Shown here: in pieces, positions 13,553-25,571 of the stretch
Position numbering within the stretch: the stretch's first letter is position 1
How the letters are laid out: each line of letters starts with the position of its first letter
Assembly (NCBI GenBank): GCA_964188305.1
Contig: OZ076887.1
Length of the DNA: 64,000 nt
From: Podarcis bocagei
Taxonomy: Eukaryota
Reading direction: 5' to 3' (one strand)
The notes under the pieces: model-generated
The model's database searches: none
What the model saw: the letters and a program-made list of their open reading frames with translations, nothing else
What the model was told of the DNA's origin: nothing
Translations under genes and position numbers: made by a program

Positions 13553-16500
13553 GCTGATGTCAGCCAGGGGTCAGCAAACTTTTTCAGCAGGGGGCCAGTC
13601 CACTGTCCTTCAGACCTTGTGGGGGGCCGGACTATATTGGGGGGGCAATGAATGAATTCCTATGCCCCACAAATAACCCAGAGATGCATTTTAGATAAAA
13701 GGACACATTCTACTCATGTAAAAACACGCTGATTCCTGGACCATCCGCGGGCCGGATTTAGAAGGCGATTGGGCCGGATCAGGCCCCCAGGCCTTAGTTT
13801 GCCTACCCATGGCTTAATACAACCTAGCACAATCTTTTATTTAAATCAACCCTATTGCCTGCTTAGCATTCAGAATACACACTGAACATCTGGTGCTGTT
13901 TCTCTGCAGAATCTGTTGGGCTATTTCCACAGCGGCTCTGAAAACTTCAGTGGGGATGCCTGTGAGGTGAAAGTGGCAGCCCCTTCCCTCTCTCCTAGTG
14001 CTGAAGCCGAATATTGGAGAATACGGGCCATGGCTCAACAGGTGAAGACTTTGAGAGATATAATGAGCAAAATGCATATTAAGTTAAACCTAGGCACTGG
14101 TGCAGGCTTCACACGTCTACAGTAATCAGTTGGATTTGCATGCTTAACTGTGACTGGATTGTTTCCTGTGAGCTTTGCTTTTACAAACCGTTCGTGGTGA
14201 GATTTCTTAATTGTTTTAAGCTGTCTTTTTTATACAATTTCAATTAAGGAACAGTCAGGTATTGATGCCAACATTAATTAAGCATTTTAAGATGGCTAGG
14301 CCTGATGCACCTCTGTTTAGTGAATGCTTCTTCTATTGCAGAGTTGATAATCTTTGGATGGGCTGCACCATGAAACTTTTTTGTAATGAAACCTAATCTT
14401 CCTTTTTTTCTTTCCTCACATGAAACTAACTATTTAACCCAGCAGTGGGTTTATCTGGGCAGAGAGCATCACTTGCTGTGCTGGGTGTTGCCACTTTTAG
14501 AATTCCATTTACAGTCCTGGGTTAAGGATATATAAAGAACTGCCTTCTACCAAATGAGGCCTTCAACCCATCTAACCCCCTACTGCCTGCTCTGTGTTGT
14601 GAATGGATGCAGTTTATGAGCTCCTCAACCTTTTACACAGTTCTGCTGTGGGAAATCCAGAGTCTGGGACATCTACATGTGCAAATTGTGTGCTCTGCTG
14701 CTATGTTACGTCCCCTTCCTGAATTGGCCCAGGGCTTTAGCAAGTTGGTATTATTTGTTTTTATAGGTGTTCATGTTAGACACACAGTGCTCCCCCAAAA
14801 CGCCAAACAACAAAGAAGGGTTTGAGCATGCTCAGTCCTGTGTGCTTATCATCGAGTTGCCTCCTGACAAGAAGCCCAATGGTCATACGCAGAAAAGGTA
14901 AGGTGACTTGTTTATTACAAGACCCAGAGGGCAAAGCAAGACATGAGACAGGTGCAGGGAATAAAGGGGAAGTCTGCACATCTATTTAAATCTGGGCAGG
15001 TTTGTTTCTCATGGCAAAGCATGAAAGGCAAGCCATGCTGACCCTCAAGGGGCACTTTTTCTCATCCTGTCATCCCAGTTTTGACTCACGCTAAACACTT
15101 GCCATGATTGGCCATGTTGAACATTTACCTTGGTCCCAGTAGCTTGCATTAGATGCAGGCCTTCATTGTAGATCTTAGACTCCCATCTTTAATGCAGAAT
15201 ACAAACCAGTCACTGTATATGGGGAAAGTGAAAGATATTTAGGAAAACATGGCTTCACAAGCAGTTATTGCAGAAAGCCACCAGCTCTTAAATCTGAATT
15301 GCTATAATTATTATTAAAGGCATTTTGTAACAACAGTGAGCAACATTTTAGGAATAGATATAAGCATTCTCTTTCTGGATCAGACATAGCCCCAGCACTC
15401 TGTTTTGTAGCCAGATGCCTTACCAAATGATGTTGAATTGATGCTTGCCTCTGTTCCATGTCTGGCAATCAGTTGCACTGCCTCTGTTCATTCAGCTAGC
15501 ATGGTTAATAATTGTTGTTAGGTCTCTCTTTGATGGCTGGGAGATGGTCAAGAATAGGGGTGAAGGGAAAACATACCGCCTCTTCTACAGCTGTGCAAAC
15601 TGTCTCCCTCCCTGCCCCCCAATCCTTCCAGAGGGCTTGTCGTGACTGATTTTGGAAGTTCTTTAGAGTTACTTCTGCCTCCCCTCCCCCCTTAACTGCA
15701 GTAGCAAAGCAAGTGTCTGCTACAAGGTTTGCAGCACATAGTGTGGAAGATGAGGAACACAGGAAGAAGGTGCCTCATATTGAGTCAGAGCATTGTTCCA
15801 TCTACACTGAATGGCATTGGCATTTTCAGGGGCTTCTCCCATCCTAACCTGGGATTGAACAGGGGACTGAACCAAGCACCTTCTGCATGTAAAGCGTATG
15901 CTGTAGCACTGAGCTACAATTGTTCCCCTGGGGTTTTCCCGCTATAACGATTTTATAGCCTAATCAGTCACTCTTGAGCCAGAGAAAATAATGTTCATGC
16001 TGCCCATGTTGTGCCTACACAGAAAACACCATGATAAAAAATAGATGATGTATGAAGGGGACCTTACTGCCTAATTTGTTTTAGCAGCTTGTTCCATAGT
16101 AAAGTATGGCTGCTCCCTGTTGATAAGGCTTGCTGCAACAGTGAGTTGGTTGTTTGCTTGCTTGCTTGCGCCTGTCTTGCATGCACAGCTCTGTAACCGT
16201 GCTGGCCTTTTGTAGAGTTCCTCTTTTCCTATCTGATTTTCTTTCCTTTCTTTTTTTTGAATGCCGCCCATCAATGCACAGGAAGCTTGGGTAAGGGAGC
16301 ATTTCAGCCTAATGCAAAAGGCAAAATAAAAGTCCTTGATTTAATATCTATTCTCTTCCACAGAAAATACCGTTTTAGCTAGGCAGTCCTAGCAATAAAA
16401 AACTGCTGTTTGCCAACCGCCTAGGTTGAAAGGTTACATATTCCACCCCCTCCCAATTCTCAGGCTGGTTTTTGCCAAGAATTGAGCCAGTGCAGCTGTA

Positions 16501-19500
16501 GCTGCAACCGCTTGATGTGCTGGACTCTCTGTCTGAAATGTTCTTGGAATGGGAGGTTTCACTCCCACAAGAAAGTTTTATGTATATAGTCCCCTCACCA
16601 CAGTGTTGTGTGAGTGCACGAAATATGGGGGACTCTCCCGCCCCCATGCACAATGCTGGCACTTTTCAATATGTCACTGTATGATTTGCATGCACTTTAA
16701 AAGGGAAGCACAGCCCCAGAGCCCCTTGCACCACTGAGCTGAAGTCCGCATGCAGCTGGGGCACAACACTTTGGACAGACATCAGTTTCTGCCTCGAGAA
16801 TTTCTATAGTGGGTCACTTTTGATGAGGACCATGAAATGAATGCCAGAGTGCAACCACTAGAGAGTGTCACAGCACAAGAGAAGGATTATATTTTTCAAG
16901 GACATGGGCAGAAATGGAAGGCCTGGGGGCTGGAGGAAGAGATTCAGGCTCAGAAAGCAAATTTCAAGGTAGCTACATTTCCATGAGGCTGACTGGATGC
17001 AGAACAAACCGATTTGTTTGTTTTCATTCATGCTCAAATAATATATTCTCCACCTGAAAATGCTAGCTTTGTGTTCCTAATTACAGCTGCAATCCTATGC
17101 ATTGTTATTTGGAAGTAACTCATTGGTACTTATTCCCAGGTAATTGAGTTTATGACTGCAGCCAGAGACTTAACCTTTTATTTTCTTTATGCACACAAAA
17201 TAGAGAATAGCACACTGTCCAGACCATCATCTGACCCATATCTATAAACTTATTCATGGTGGTAAATAGGCCAAATATCCACTGTGGCTTGAATGTTTGG
17301 CCTTTCATTTGTATTCTTTGGTGCAATACCAAGGTGCAATACATCCAGTTTTTTCCTGATAAATTCCCTTATAAAAACCCTGGGCTGTTGTTTACTTTCC
17401 TCCATTTTCAAATAATGTTTTGTTTAATGTTACATTGCTATAATAATGAATTATCCATGCTACAAAACACATTATATGAATGTATAAATGTTGAGGATTT
17501 TACATGATAACTCTTTAAAGCAAATATGGGGAACCTATTGCCCTTTGGGTGTTGCTGGACTGCAACTCCCATCATCCCTGAGTGTCGGCTATCTGAGCTA
17601 GGACTGTTGGGACTTGAGAGTCCAGTGGCGTGTGGAGGGGCACAGGTTTCCCAATCTCTAATGTCAAAGTATATGTCTCCTTGGAGGAAACGTGGCATAT
17701 TAATATAATAAATAAAAACATTTTAATTTGCAGGGAGTGTTAAATTCAGTATGGGTCAAAATTGTAGGAGAACGCAGCGAAAAATGGATTGTGCATGTTG
17801 CCTGGACAATATTTATTCAGAGCAGCCTTTCCCAACTTGGTACCCTCCAGGTGTTCTGGACTACAGTCCACATCAGCCCCAATCAACATTGCCAATAGCA
17901 ATTATAGGAATTATAGTCCAAAATATCTGGAACAGTATCTGGTTAAGGAAGGTTGGCACAGAGATAGTGTTTTGAGGAATTTTTTGTAAGTAGCTATCAT
18001 AATGATTGTGATATAGTTATAAATTCACCAGCTGTAGTTCCTTGGAGGAGCAGTAGGATATAAATTCAAGTGATTTAAAAATATTATTGAGATACTCAGT
18101 GTGTTTGTCATTCCTTCCCCAACCCCTTCCACCTTTTGGCTGCATGAAGTATCCCTTTCAGAACAATTGTAGTGAGCCTGCTGTCCCACCAAGTGCTGTT
18201 GCAGAATTTGTACGATATTTTGCTGGAAGAGTTTGTGAAAGGGCCCTCGCACTCTGAAGAGAAGGCTGCGCACCAACCACCGGAAACTAAACTGGCAGGC
18301 TTCCTCAGGTACATTTCTATGCAGAACTTGGCTGTCATCTTTGACTTGCTGCTGGATTCCTACCGGACAGCCAGAGAGTTTGATACGAGGACTGGGCTGA
18401 AGTGCCTGCTCAAAAAGGTCTCTGGCATTGGTGGAGCTGCCAACTTGTACCGCCAATCGGCGATGAGCTTTAACATTTACTTCCATGCCTTGATCTGCGC
18501 TATTATGACCAACCAGGAAAACATCACTGCAGAGCAGGTGAAGAAAATCCTCTTTGAAGATGACGAAAGAAGCACCGATTCATCCCAACAGTGCTCTTCG
18601 GAAGACGAAGACATTTTTGAAGAGACGGCCCAAGTAAGCCCACCAAGGGGGAAGGAGAAGAGGCAGTGGAGAGCCAGGCTGCCATCTCTGAGTGTCCAGC
18701 CTGTCAGCAATGCAGACTGGGCTTGGTTAATCAAAAGGCTTCATAAGCTCTGCATGGAGTTATGCAACAACTATATTCAAATGCATCTGGATTTGGAAAG
18801 CAGTGCCGATGAGCTCCCGGTCTTCCGAGGAGACCCCTTCTTCATCCTTCCGTCCTTCCAATCTGAAACATCCACCCCATCTACCGGAGGGCTCTCTGGG
18901 AAGGACACCCCTTCGGAAGATGACAAAAGCCAAATTAGGGATTCCCTGACAGAGAATGTCACTCCCAAAGGAGGGAGTGGAGATATACTGCTGCTTCCGC
19001 CCTTGAGCCCCAAAACAGAGAGGAAAGACCAAGGCAGGAGAAAAGAGTGGTGGGAGAGCGCTGGCAACAAAATCTACACCATCGCCACAGACAAAACTAT
19101 ATCGAAGCTCATGACAGAATATAAGAAAAGGAAACAGCAGCATAACCTGGCCACTTTTGCCAAAGAGATGAAAGTCGACAAGAAAGGGGACCCGCTAAGC
19201 ACGAGAGGGCCAGATTCCCCCCTCCCACAAAGGCCTCAAAATCTGGTTGATCAGGGCCAAATGAGGCACTCCTTCAGTGCAGGGCCAGAGATTTTGAGAC
19301 AGGAGAAGAGGTCACGCTCTGGGTCAACGGTCAGTTCACTCAACATATCCATCCGGGATGGTGAGGCACAAATACAGGTAAGAAAACAGGCCGACTGAGA
19401 AACCTAAAATGGAAGAAAATATGCCTTTTCAATTGCAGTAGTTGTTTTCCTCGTGTGGCATTAAGCAGAAAGCAGGTCTTCTGGAAATATGCATTCATTA

Positions 19501-20267
19501 TTGTAGAATATAACACACACTTGTGCTTGCAGGGGCAGCCTTAAGCATTGGGCACTTGGGGTAAAATATTATGGTGTCCCATACAGCCACACCCACCTGT
19601 CCACTGACCCTTGCAACCTCTGGGCCAGAGCAGCCCATTATACCCCATGTTCTATCAAACCTCAGGTTCTTTGTGAGTTTCTTATGGTAACTTCCAGCCT
19701 CAACAGGAGGTTTGTGACACTTCCTACAATAACTTGGCTTATCCAGTACTTTCCATTGCTGTCCCTTGCCTTTCTTTTAGTTTTTCATGTTAGTGTGTTT
19801 GCCACACCAGCTACTCTTTCATGCATCTCGGCCTTACCAAAATGAATCATCTGCATGGTGAACCAAGATGGCTTGGGGTGGAAAAGTTAATTATAGGACC
19901 AGCCCTCGGTGTCAGGATGTGTTTTGAACCTTAAAGACTTTTTCATTGGGCAACTTAAGTTTGATGCTGACGTTTTTCAGAAATTACTTCGTATTTACAT
20001 TATGAGCTATATTTTTCATGATGTTTTTACACAGCTATATAGTTACAGATTTCTTCTCTCCCTGTATCATTTTAGGCATGGACCAACATGGTATTGACAG
20101 TTCTTAACCAGATTCAGGCCCTTCCAGACCAGATCTTCACAGCTCTCCAGCCAGCTGTGTTCCCTTGCATCAGTCAGCTGACTTGTCATGTGACTGACAT
20201 TCGAGTTCGCCAGGCTGTGAGAGAATGGTTGGGCAGAGTGGGCAGAGTGTATGACATTATTGTGTAG
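636..20267 (+). CDS. ARFGEF3: ARFGEF3/BIG3 (KIAA1244), 3' part: 18 coding exons, 5' end lies outside the window
   Basis: Exons 636-746, 1674-1824, 2539-2853, 3333-3466, 3596-3741, 4299-4478, 5416-5560, 6472-6594, 7481-7584, 8528-8672, 9833-9961, 11053-11229, 12282-12396, 12930-13032, 13910-14041, 14767-14897, 18150-19377, 20076-20267. They sum to 3761 nt (2 + 1253 codons) and join in frame. Translation matches recalled BIG3 from GVAANCASALAQMAAASC to VRQAVREWLGRVGRVYDIIV*. Confidence 0.97.
1674..1824 (+). CDS. ARFGEF3: ARFGEF3 exon (VKQKVEQRLEQ..CWPHVFR)
   Basis: cag| acceptor, AG|gtatgg donor. Confidence 0.93.
2539..2853 (+). CDS. ARFGEF3: ARFGEF3 exon (VCEYISTLEH..LSTQADR)
   Basis: tttttcag| acceptor, AG|gtatgg donor. 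Confidence 0.93.
3215..3292 (+). mobile_element. CR1-type LINE 3' tail fragment
   Basis: ..ggcccttccaactctacaattctatgatt, a CR1 terminal signature; similar fragment at about 58845-58916. Confidence 0.55.
3333..3466 (+). CDS. ARFGEF3: ARFGEF3 exon (LFEDAVDKLNLMAL..YSLAMP)
   Basis: gaag| acceptor, CAG|gtaagc donor. Confidence 0.92.
3505..3535. repeat. (TG)n microsatellite
   Basis: Seen directly, within a 129-bp intron. Confidence 0.95.
3596..3741 (+). CDS. ARFGEF3: ARFGEF3 exon (GEVKSTQDRR..VAPHLVE)
   Basis: ggtag| acceptor, GAG|gtgaga donor. Confidence 0.93.
4299..4478 (+). CDS. ARFGEF3: ARFGEF3 exon (AACHKERHVSRKAVSF..DEDVQDQ), GC donor
   Basis: tgcag| acceptor; homology ends at CAG|gcaagc (non-canonical GC donor); phase 0-0, 180 nt. 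Confidence 0.9.
5416..5560 (+). CDS. ARFGEF3: ARFGEF3 exon (VITSIGELVEV..GEYSM)
   Basis: gccag| acceptor, G|gtaaga donor. Confidence 0.93.
6472..6594 (+). CDS. ARFGEF3: ARFGEF3 exon (KCQAPVFDVFEAF..KFVKGL)
   Basis: cttag| acceptor, G|gtaagg donor. Confidence 0.93.
7481..7584 (+). CDS. ARFGEF3: ARFGEF3 exon (EADCKEVGDC..LDYLRRCSQ)
   Basis: cccag| acceptor, CAG|gtgagc donor; missed by the ORF track. Confidence 0.92.
8528..8672 (+). CDS. ARFGEF3: ARFGEF3 exon (LLAKIYKMPLKP..DFDDDT)
   Basis: tttttag| acceptor, AG|gtaagc donor. Confidence 0.93.
8687..9380 (+). mobile_element. Candidate solo LTR
   Basis: TGTTGTG...TGTGACA ends, GC-rich body, TATA-like tatttaag near 8916, poly(A)-like aatgaaagttgtggcc near 9287; no clear TSD. 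Confidence 0.35.
9833..9961 (+). CDS. ARFGEF3: ARFGEF3 exon (LINVWIILLEE..DVTKTP)
   Basis: cctag| acceptor, G|gtaatt donor. Confidence 0.93.
11053..11229 (+). CDS. ARFGEF3: ARFGEF3 exon (PGFGIYAVVHLLL..QSFIHS)
   Basis: tctag| acceptor, CAG|gtaatt donor. Confidence 0.93.
11474..11601. mobile_element. hAT (Charlie-like) palindromic MITE, family B
   Basis: TIR caggcttcctcaa/ttgaggaagcctg; perfect TSD gtttatat; core gactacaattcccatcatccct. Confidence 0.85.
12142..12209. repeat. 18-bp tandem repeat (atgcatttatttctaaaa) x~3
   Basis: Seen directly, about 70 bp upstream of exon 12282. Confidence 0.8.
12282..12396 (+). CDS. ARFGEF3: ARFGEF3 exon (IGYENMINTML..VGCSCIR)
   Basis: tttag| acceptor, CAG|gtaata donor; missed by the ORF track. 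Confidence 0.92.
12930..13032 (+). CDS. ARFGEF3: ARFGEF3 exon (YVLVTAGPVF..TLEPVK)
   Basis: tatag| acceptor, AAG|gtatcc donor. Confidence 0.92.
13565..13811. mobile_element. Non-autonomous hAT element (Charlie-like)
   Basis: Ends caggggtcagcaaact / agtttgcctacccatg; TSD not matched. Confidence 0.65.
13910..14041 (+). CDS. ARFGEF3: ARFGEF3 exon (NLLGYFHSGS..RAMAQQ)
   Basis: tgcag| acceptor, CAG|gtgaag donor. Confidence 0.92.
14767..14897 (+). CDS. ARFGEF3: ARFGEF3 exon (VFMLDTQCSPKTP..GHTQK)
   Basis: tatag| acceptor, AAG|gtaagg donor. Confidence 0.92.
15760..15918 (-). mobile_element. tRNA-derived SINE fragment
   Basis: Minus strand gtagctcagtg..tgcagaaggt..ggttcagtcccc (degenerate A/B boxes) continuing into a non-tRNA body; related fragment near 14520-14705. 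Confidence 0.5.
18150..19377 (+). CDS. ARFGEF3: ARFGEF3 large penultimate exon
   Basis: Overlaps the 408-aa ORF 18172-19398; acceptor gaag|T (alternative in-frame cag|A at 18162); CAG|gtaaga donor. Confidence 0.93.
20076..20267 (+). CDS. ARFGEF3: ARFGEF3 last coding exon (AWTNMVLTVLNQIQ..YDIIV*)
   Basis: tttag| acceptor; TAG stop at 20265-20267, immediately followed by a second TAG. Confidence 0.95.
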   Translation, partial: AWTNMVLTVLNQIQALPDQIFTALQPAVFPCISQLTCHVTDIRVRQAVREWLGRVGRVYDIIV

Positions 20268-23200
20268 TAGACACTGGATGCAGTACCCACTAGAGAATGA
20301 ATTGAAGGCATACAAATATGAAGTGCAGTTACTGAAATGTTATCTTTTGAAAGTGATGAGGTAACTGTCTATTTGCTGGTAATTAGAAACTGGCAACATC
20401 TGTCCAATGCCATTAACTGCTTAAGAGCACAGTTCAGTCTTGTTCATGCCTACAAGAGCATGTGGTAACCACAGTGTGCTTATACATCAAGTATCCCAAA
20501 ATAATACTGTATATTAAATCTGAAAATGCTGTTTTAAGTCAGGCTGATATATGAAAACTCAGTATATTGATGTTCCATATTTTTCAAAGAGTGAAGTATT
20601 TCTCCACAGGGAAATGGCAGTGGAATAAAGGTGGCACAAAATGAACACCTTCACAAAAGTAGGCTAGACACAAAACAACCAAAGTGAGAGCCTGCTTTCA
20701 CAAACCTTCAGTGTGGCATCAACAGCTTCCCACTCCAGTGCAATTTTGACTTAAGTACATTCTGAATGCAAGCTCTTTGATTTTCTGAAGAGTGCAACAG
20801 ATGCATAGGTGTCTTTAGTATAGAACCTTTTTGTGCCCCCAAAACTGGCAGACTGACATTTGAAAGTATCTCAATTAAAAAAACAAAAAACAAATTGATG
20901 GAACTCAATAAGCTGTTTCAATAAATTGTTCATGTAAAACGTGACATGAAAAACAGATGACTCAAATTCAAAAACATACATTTTCAAAAATCACAGTGCA
21001 CATTTCATTTTCTATCACACACCAGGGTTGTGGTGAGAATCAGCCGTGCACTGGCTTCTGAGCCACTTTTAATGTGATTTTGTGACATCCTAGATGTGGA
21101 TGCAGTATGGTGTGATATGGCAAGAGCAGCTTGCCTAGTAGAGCATCGGTATTGCTGACCAAGAGGAGGGACGAACAACTGTGTAGTTGGGGCTGTGCTG
21201 TCACACAGCCCTTATCACACCTTTCCTCTTCATCCCAGAAGTGATAGCAACACTCCTACCGGAAGGCTGTTCCTGCAGTTCTGCCCCACTGGGGGAAGGA
21301 CTGTTATGCTATGGTGCTGGAAGCTGTCTAGGGAGGAAATAGTTAATCCTGTATAGGATAACACATGCCAAAAGCCATAGACTTCTAAGAGGTTTCGCAT
21401 CCTTTGATGTCAAGCCAAAGGTCTTTAAGTAAGGGGAAAGATCATAAATATGACTACAGAAAACGAAACATAAAGCGGCAACTTGCCTGTTTTCTACAAC
21501 AGCTGCCTTGTCCCATTCCTACACTGTAGGTGAACATGTTGGATGCTTGACTACTGCCCCAGAATTCCCTCTGTTGCCACCTCAATTTGTTTTACCTTTC
21601 TTCTCCATGAAAAGAAATAAAATAATTATGTAGGTTTGGAAGGTGGCACCCATTTTATGCTCTCATCTGTCCTGTGAGGCTGCTTAGTTTGAGAAAAGGG
21701 TAAAGCAGCCTTCATATCGGAACAGGGATTTGAACGGAGACCTTTCACCCTGGTCCTCTTAAATCTACTTCCTTTATCCAAGCTGTCTAGCATACACAGT
21801 TAAATATATAGTCCATTAATTAGAAAAGGGCCTATAAAATATGGGTGTGGCCACCTTTATTTATATGCCACAATTATATGTTGCCTATCTCCAACTGCAT
21901 TCAAGGTGGTCCGTAATTTTGAAAAATTGCTTGCATTTTAATTGGTATGATGCAGAAGCGAAAGGGGACAAAGAAAGCAGAGAAAAATAATTGCATTCAG
22001 GTACTCTGCAGGACAGTTCTGTGCAAGGACAAACCAAGTGGTAACTGTTCCTAGCCTAGCTGAAAGAGTAGAACTTGCTGTCCCAGCTCTGCCTCTGTTG
22101 CAGAATGGTGACTGATGAGAGCAGCTCCCGTAGGGGAGGAGCCAACTGGGTTTGGCCCTAGATAAGCATATGGAGAGAGGACTTGCTGCCAACCCACCCA
22201 AGTGATAGCTGGCCTCATCCAACATAGGAGGCCTCACGTCTTAATTATTTCTAAAACACAACAGCTAACCCTCAAATCCGTTCGGCACATGGGCCCATAC
22301 ACATGTCCATCACATACCCGGGGGATCAGACTAACTCTTGTCAATGATGACCTCAAAAACAGGGTGCACAGAGGCTGATGCAACTATACAGGTAACCCTT
22401 GCAAGAGCAGGTGTTTTTTTAAAGACCCCAACAAATTAATGTGTGATCTCAGGGGTCACTTGCAATGTCAAAGAAGGTGATGCTGAGGACAACTTTTGGA
22501 TGGCACATCACAGCCTCTCATGCCAGCCCTGAATATTGGTCTCATTAATTGAACTGAAAAGGTGTGAGTCTTCATCAGCCTGATTTATGATGCATTGCAG
22601 TTTGCCTTGGACAAAAATTCCCTTACTCCTCGCTCTTTGTTTGTATGTTAAATGAATGGGAGACTATGAATGTACACAATCTCACAGCTGCTGAATCCTT
22701 GTAACTATATTATGGAATTCTTTGTCAAAGAAGCTGCTACTGTGCCCGAATTTGATTGTTTTGTTCTTTTTTCCATTTTCCATTTAAATATGCAGTGTTT
22801 CTATGGCTCTTTGTGAAGTTGGAATTTTTTAGGGGAACATTTTCAAGTGGTGCACGCCTACATTGTTTGTTAGTTGGATTTTATATGCAATTCTAGCTTG
22901 TCCCCTGTAAGCGTCTATTTAACAGAGTCATTAAATAGAGAGAGAGATATATACAACACTCAGGATTTCTGCATCTGTTCTACTGAATGCCAAAAAATAG
23001 TAATTCCTGGATTGCTAACAGAGGGGTGCCCCCCCCCCGGTACAATGAAGTATATGTTACATGTGAACCAATATTGTGAATTGCACACGTTGAGAAGATA
23101 AGTGTGGCATGGCAAGATTTTTATGGCCATTATTACAGGAAAGACAAAAGTGGACTATTGTTACTTTTCTTAAGGAGCTGAGGCAGTACAGCCACCAACT

Positions 23201-23683
23201 GCAGAAGCCACCTTAAACCATTCCTGATTGCAGCTGATCAGGATGTTTACCCCAAATTGCATCCATCCTCTCTCTTTGGATGCCAGAAGCAAAGCAAATC
23301 ATATAAGCTGGCCATATATACCTTCCCATAAAGGTATGGGAAGTTTTGGCTGGTGAGCGGGGTAGAACAGGATAGAAGCACCACATAGGGGGGATTATCA
23401 AGGGGTTATGTACTAGGCAGAACAAATGGAAATTCATTTTGGTGACTTAACAGAACACAGTAGCATTGTTAGGAGTGGAAGTAGTCTGGACTTTTCGGCT
23501 GACCTTGAAAAACTGCTACAGCCTTAGGTGATAATGAAATAAATTGCACAGACTCAGAAGGCAAACGTCAAAGCAGCCATGAACCACAAAGGCAAGTCTT
23601 ATAGGTGTGGCAGTGTCCCTTTTGAGCTTCCTTCTCTGCCAGCAAAAGGCTTCCCAGTCACGTTCAGTGGAAGGAGACACTTA

Positions 23684-24024
23684 CAGGGGCGCCGACTTAT
23701 AAAAAATATTGGGGGAGCCCGCGAAAGCTCATGAATAATAAATAGGCTCATGAATATGCAGATAAAGTGGCGCCGCCTCCTCGTGAGCGAATAGGGGAGA
23801 GCGTGCTGCGCCTATTAATCAGCTCCGAAGGAAATTGGGTGGAGCTTTTGCTCGGGAGGGAGGGCAGGAGGCATGCAGCCCGACCCTGTGCATTTTGGGC
23901 TGGGGGAGGGGCGCGGTGGCGCTCTGCTGGAGGGGCGCCCGAGATGATTGGGGGGGCTGAGCCCCCCAAACGAATTTTTGAGGGGGCTCGGGCCCCCTCA
24001 GGCCCCATGGAGTCGGCGCCTATG
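23684..24024. mobile_element. 341-bp CpG-rich hAT (Tip100-like) MITE in the putative ARFGEF3 3' UTR
   Basis: TIR caggggcgccgact/agtcggcgcctatg; perfect TSD gacactta. Confidence 0.85.
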
Positions 24025-24282
24025 GACACTTAATAAGCTCACTGGCACCTTCTGCTGCTATGAACTAGAAAGTTCTTATGAGCAAAGAGTTACATAAGCA
24101 TGGCTGATCTTGCAAGGCATCCATGCCTCTGAGGACTGACTCCTCTAGTGGACATGGCAAGGCATAGGAACTCATCAAACCTTTGCTTTCTCCCACCCAA
24201 TCTCAAAACAGGGGATCTTGGGCAATGCCACACACACCATTTCACAATGAAAAGCTCCTGTGATTATATAACATGGCACACA

Positions 24283-24287
<5 letters not shown>

Positions 24288-24335
<48 letters not shown>
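24288..24335. repeat. (TAT)n microsatellite, probably the tail of a minus-strand L2-type fragment extending to about 24490
   Basis: Repeat seen directly; LINE link inferred from similarity to 20-200. Confidence 0.85.
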
Positions 24336-24336
<1 letters not shown>

Positions 24337-25571
24337 TTACTAAATGTATTAGTTGCCCTCCACCAGCAAGTCCCAGAGCACGTTACAACAATTTAAAAGT
24401 CAGAATTAAAAACTGTTAAAAGAAATTAAAAGCCAAAGGAGTAGGGTGGGTCCTGAAAACAAATATCTCAGGTGTCAAAGGCCAGGGGGCAGAGGATGGA
24501 ACTTGTACATTACAAAAATCAGAGCGGCAGCCCTGTGTTAGGCTCCATTCTGTGTAGTGCAACTTCTCTCATGTCCAGTGATCTCTGCTGTATAAGTATT
24601 TTTCTGCTAAGACCTGGGGGCAAAACTGAGAAAATGCTGTGAGCAGCAAGATAAGGGCAGGGTATAATACAAGTCAGAGGGAGAAGACTTAGCACAGGGC
24701 CATCATATTGGATCTTGTTTGTTCGTCTAAATATAGTTCTGCCCACAGAGAACACTCCATCTTAACTAAAATGGAAAAGATGCTGTACTACAGAACTGCA
24801 ACGTCATTCTTAGAGCAACAAAGCTGCTTATTTATATGGCAAGAATCTCTTCCAGCAATGGTTACTGTCTGCCATTTGGGATACAGTGCCAAGCTAAATG
24901 GATAGAAACCACTTTTCTATTTATTGCTAAGAAGTGAAAGTCCCAAAGGACTGTTCGTTCTCTTATGCCAAAGATACAACTCGCTCAAAAGTGAATATAA
25001 CAACAACAAAATTGACTTGGCTTTCATTATGGAGCCTTGCTCCATTTCACATATAGGTACAAAATCACAGGAATCCAAAATGTATTGAATGCTACAAATG
25101 GGTAGACCCAACCTTTTTGCCCTATAAGATGGTTGTAGCCTTTTGCAAGCATAGTTCGCAAAGCACTGAAGGCCTGCAATTTGGGAGGAGGTTGGTAGGT
25201 AAGAATGACCAGGAAAGATGCAGTAGAGCAATGTATGTTCCCCTTGGTTCAATGTCAGTGCGCTCTGTATAAACAGAGTGGCCATATAGAGTCAGCATAT
25301 GCCTATACAACTATGAATATATGTTATTAAACTTTCCTTGAATCCTGCCCCATCTTTCCTTGTGATGTTAAATTAAAATGACTTCCCTAGTCCCCTTTCC
25401 TCTTTTCTTGTGAAACAGATTTGTTCCGTCCCCCGTCCCCCCCGTGTCTATGTTGAACAGTTCGTTGTAAACCACTTTACAAAATGTATTTTGTGTATAT
25501 TTTGTTCAAAGGGAATTCTTAAAGGAAGATATTTTAAAACAAATAAACTATTTATGTTGCTCGTGTTGTAG

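Noticed and set aside
15845-15918. tRNA-like sequence (also 33750-33815 and 54650-54670)
   Set aside because: Degenerate stems embedded in SINE bodies; these are SINE heads, not tRNA genes.
18025-19143. Several minus-strand ORFs (up to 153 aa)
   Set aside because: Antisense shadows of the ARFGEF3 large exon; no independent gene signals.
636-20267. PBOV1-like nested antisense gene known from human ARFGEF3
   Set aside because: Recalled as a primate de novo gene, probably in a more 5' intron; no matching ORF seen here.
23748-24033. Two opposite ORFs of about 90 aa
   Set aside because: Lie almost entirely inside a GC-rich MITE; no transposase motifs.
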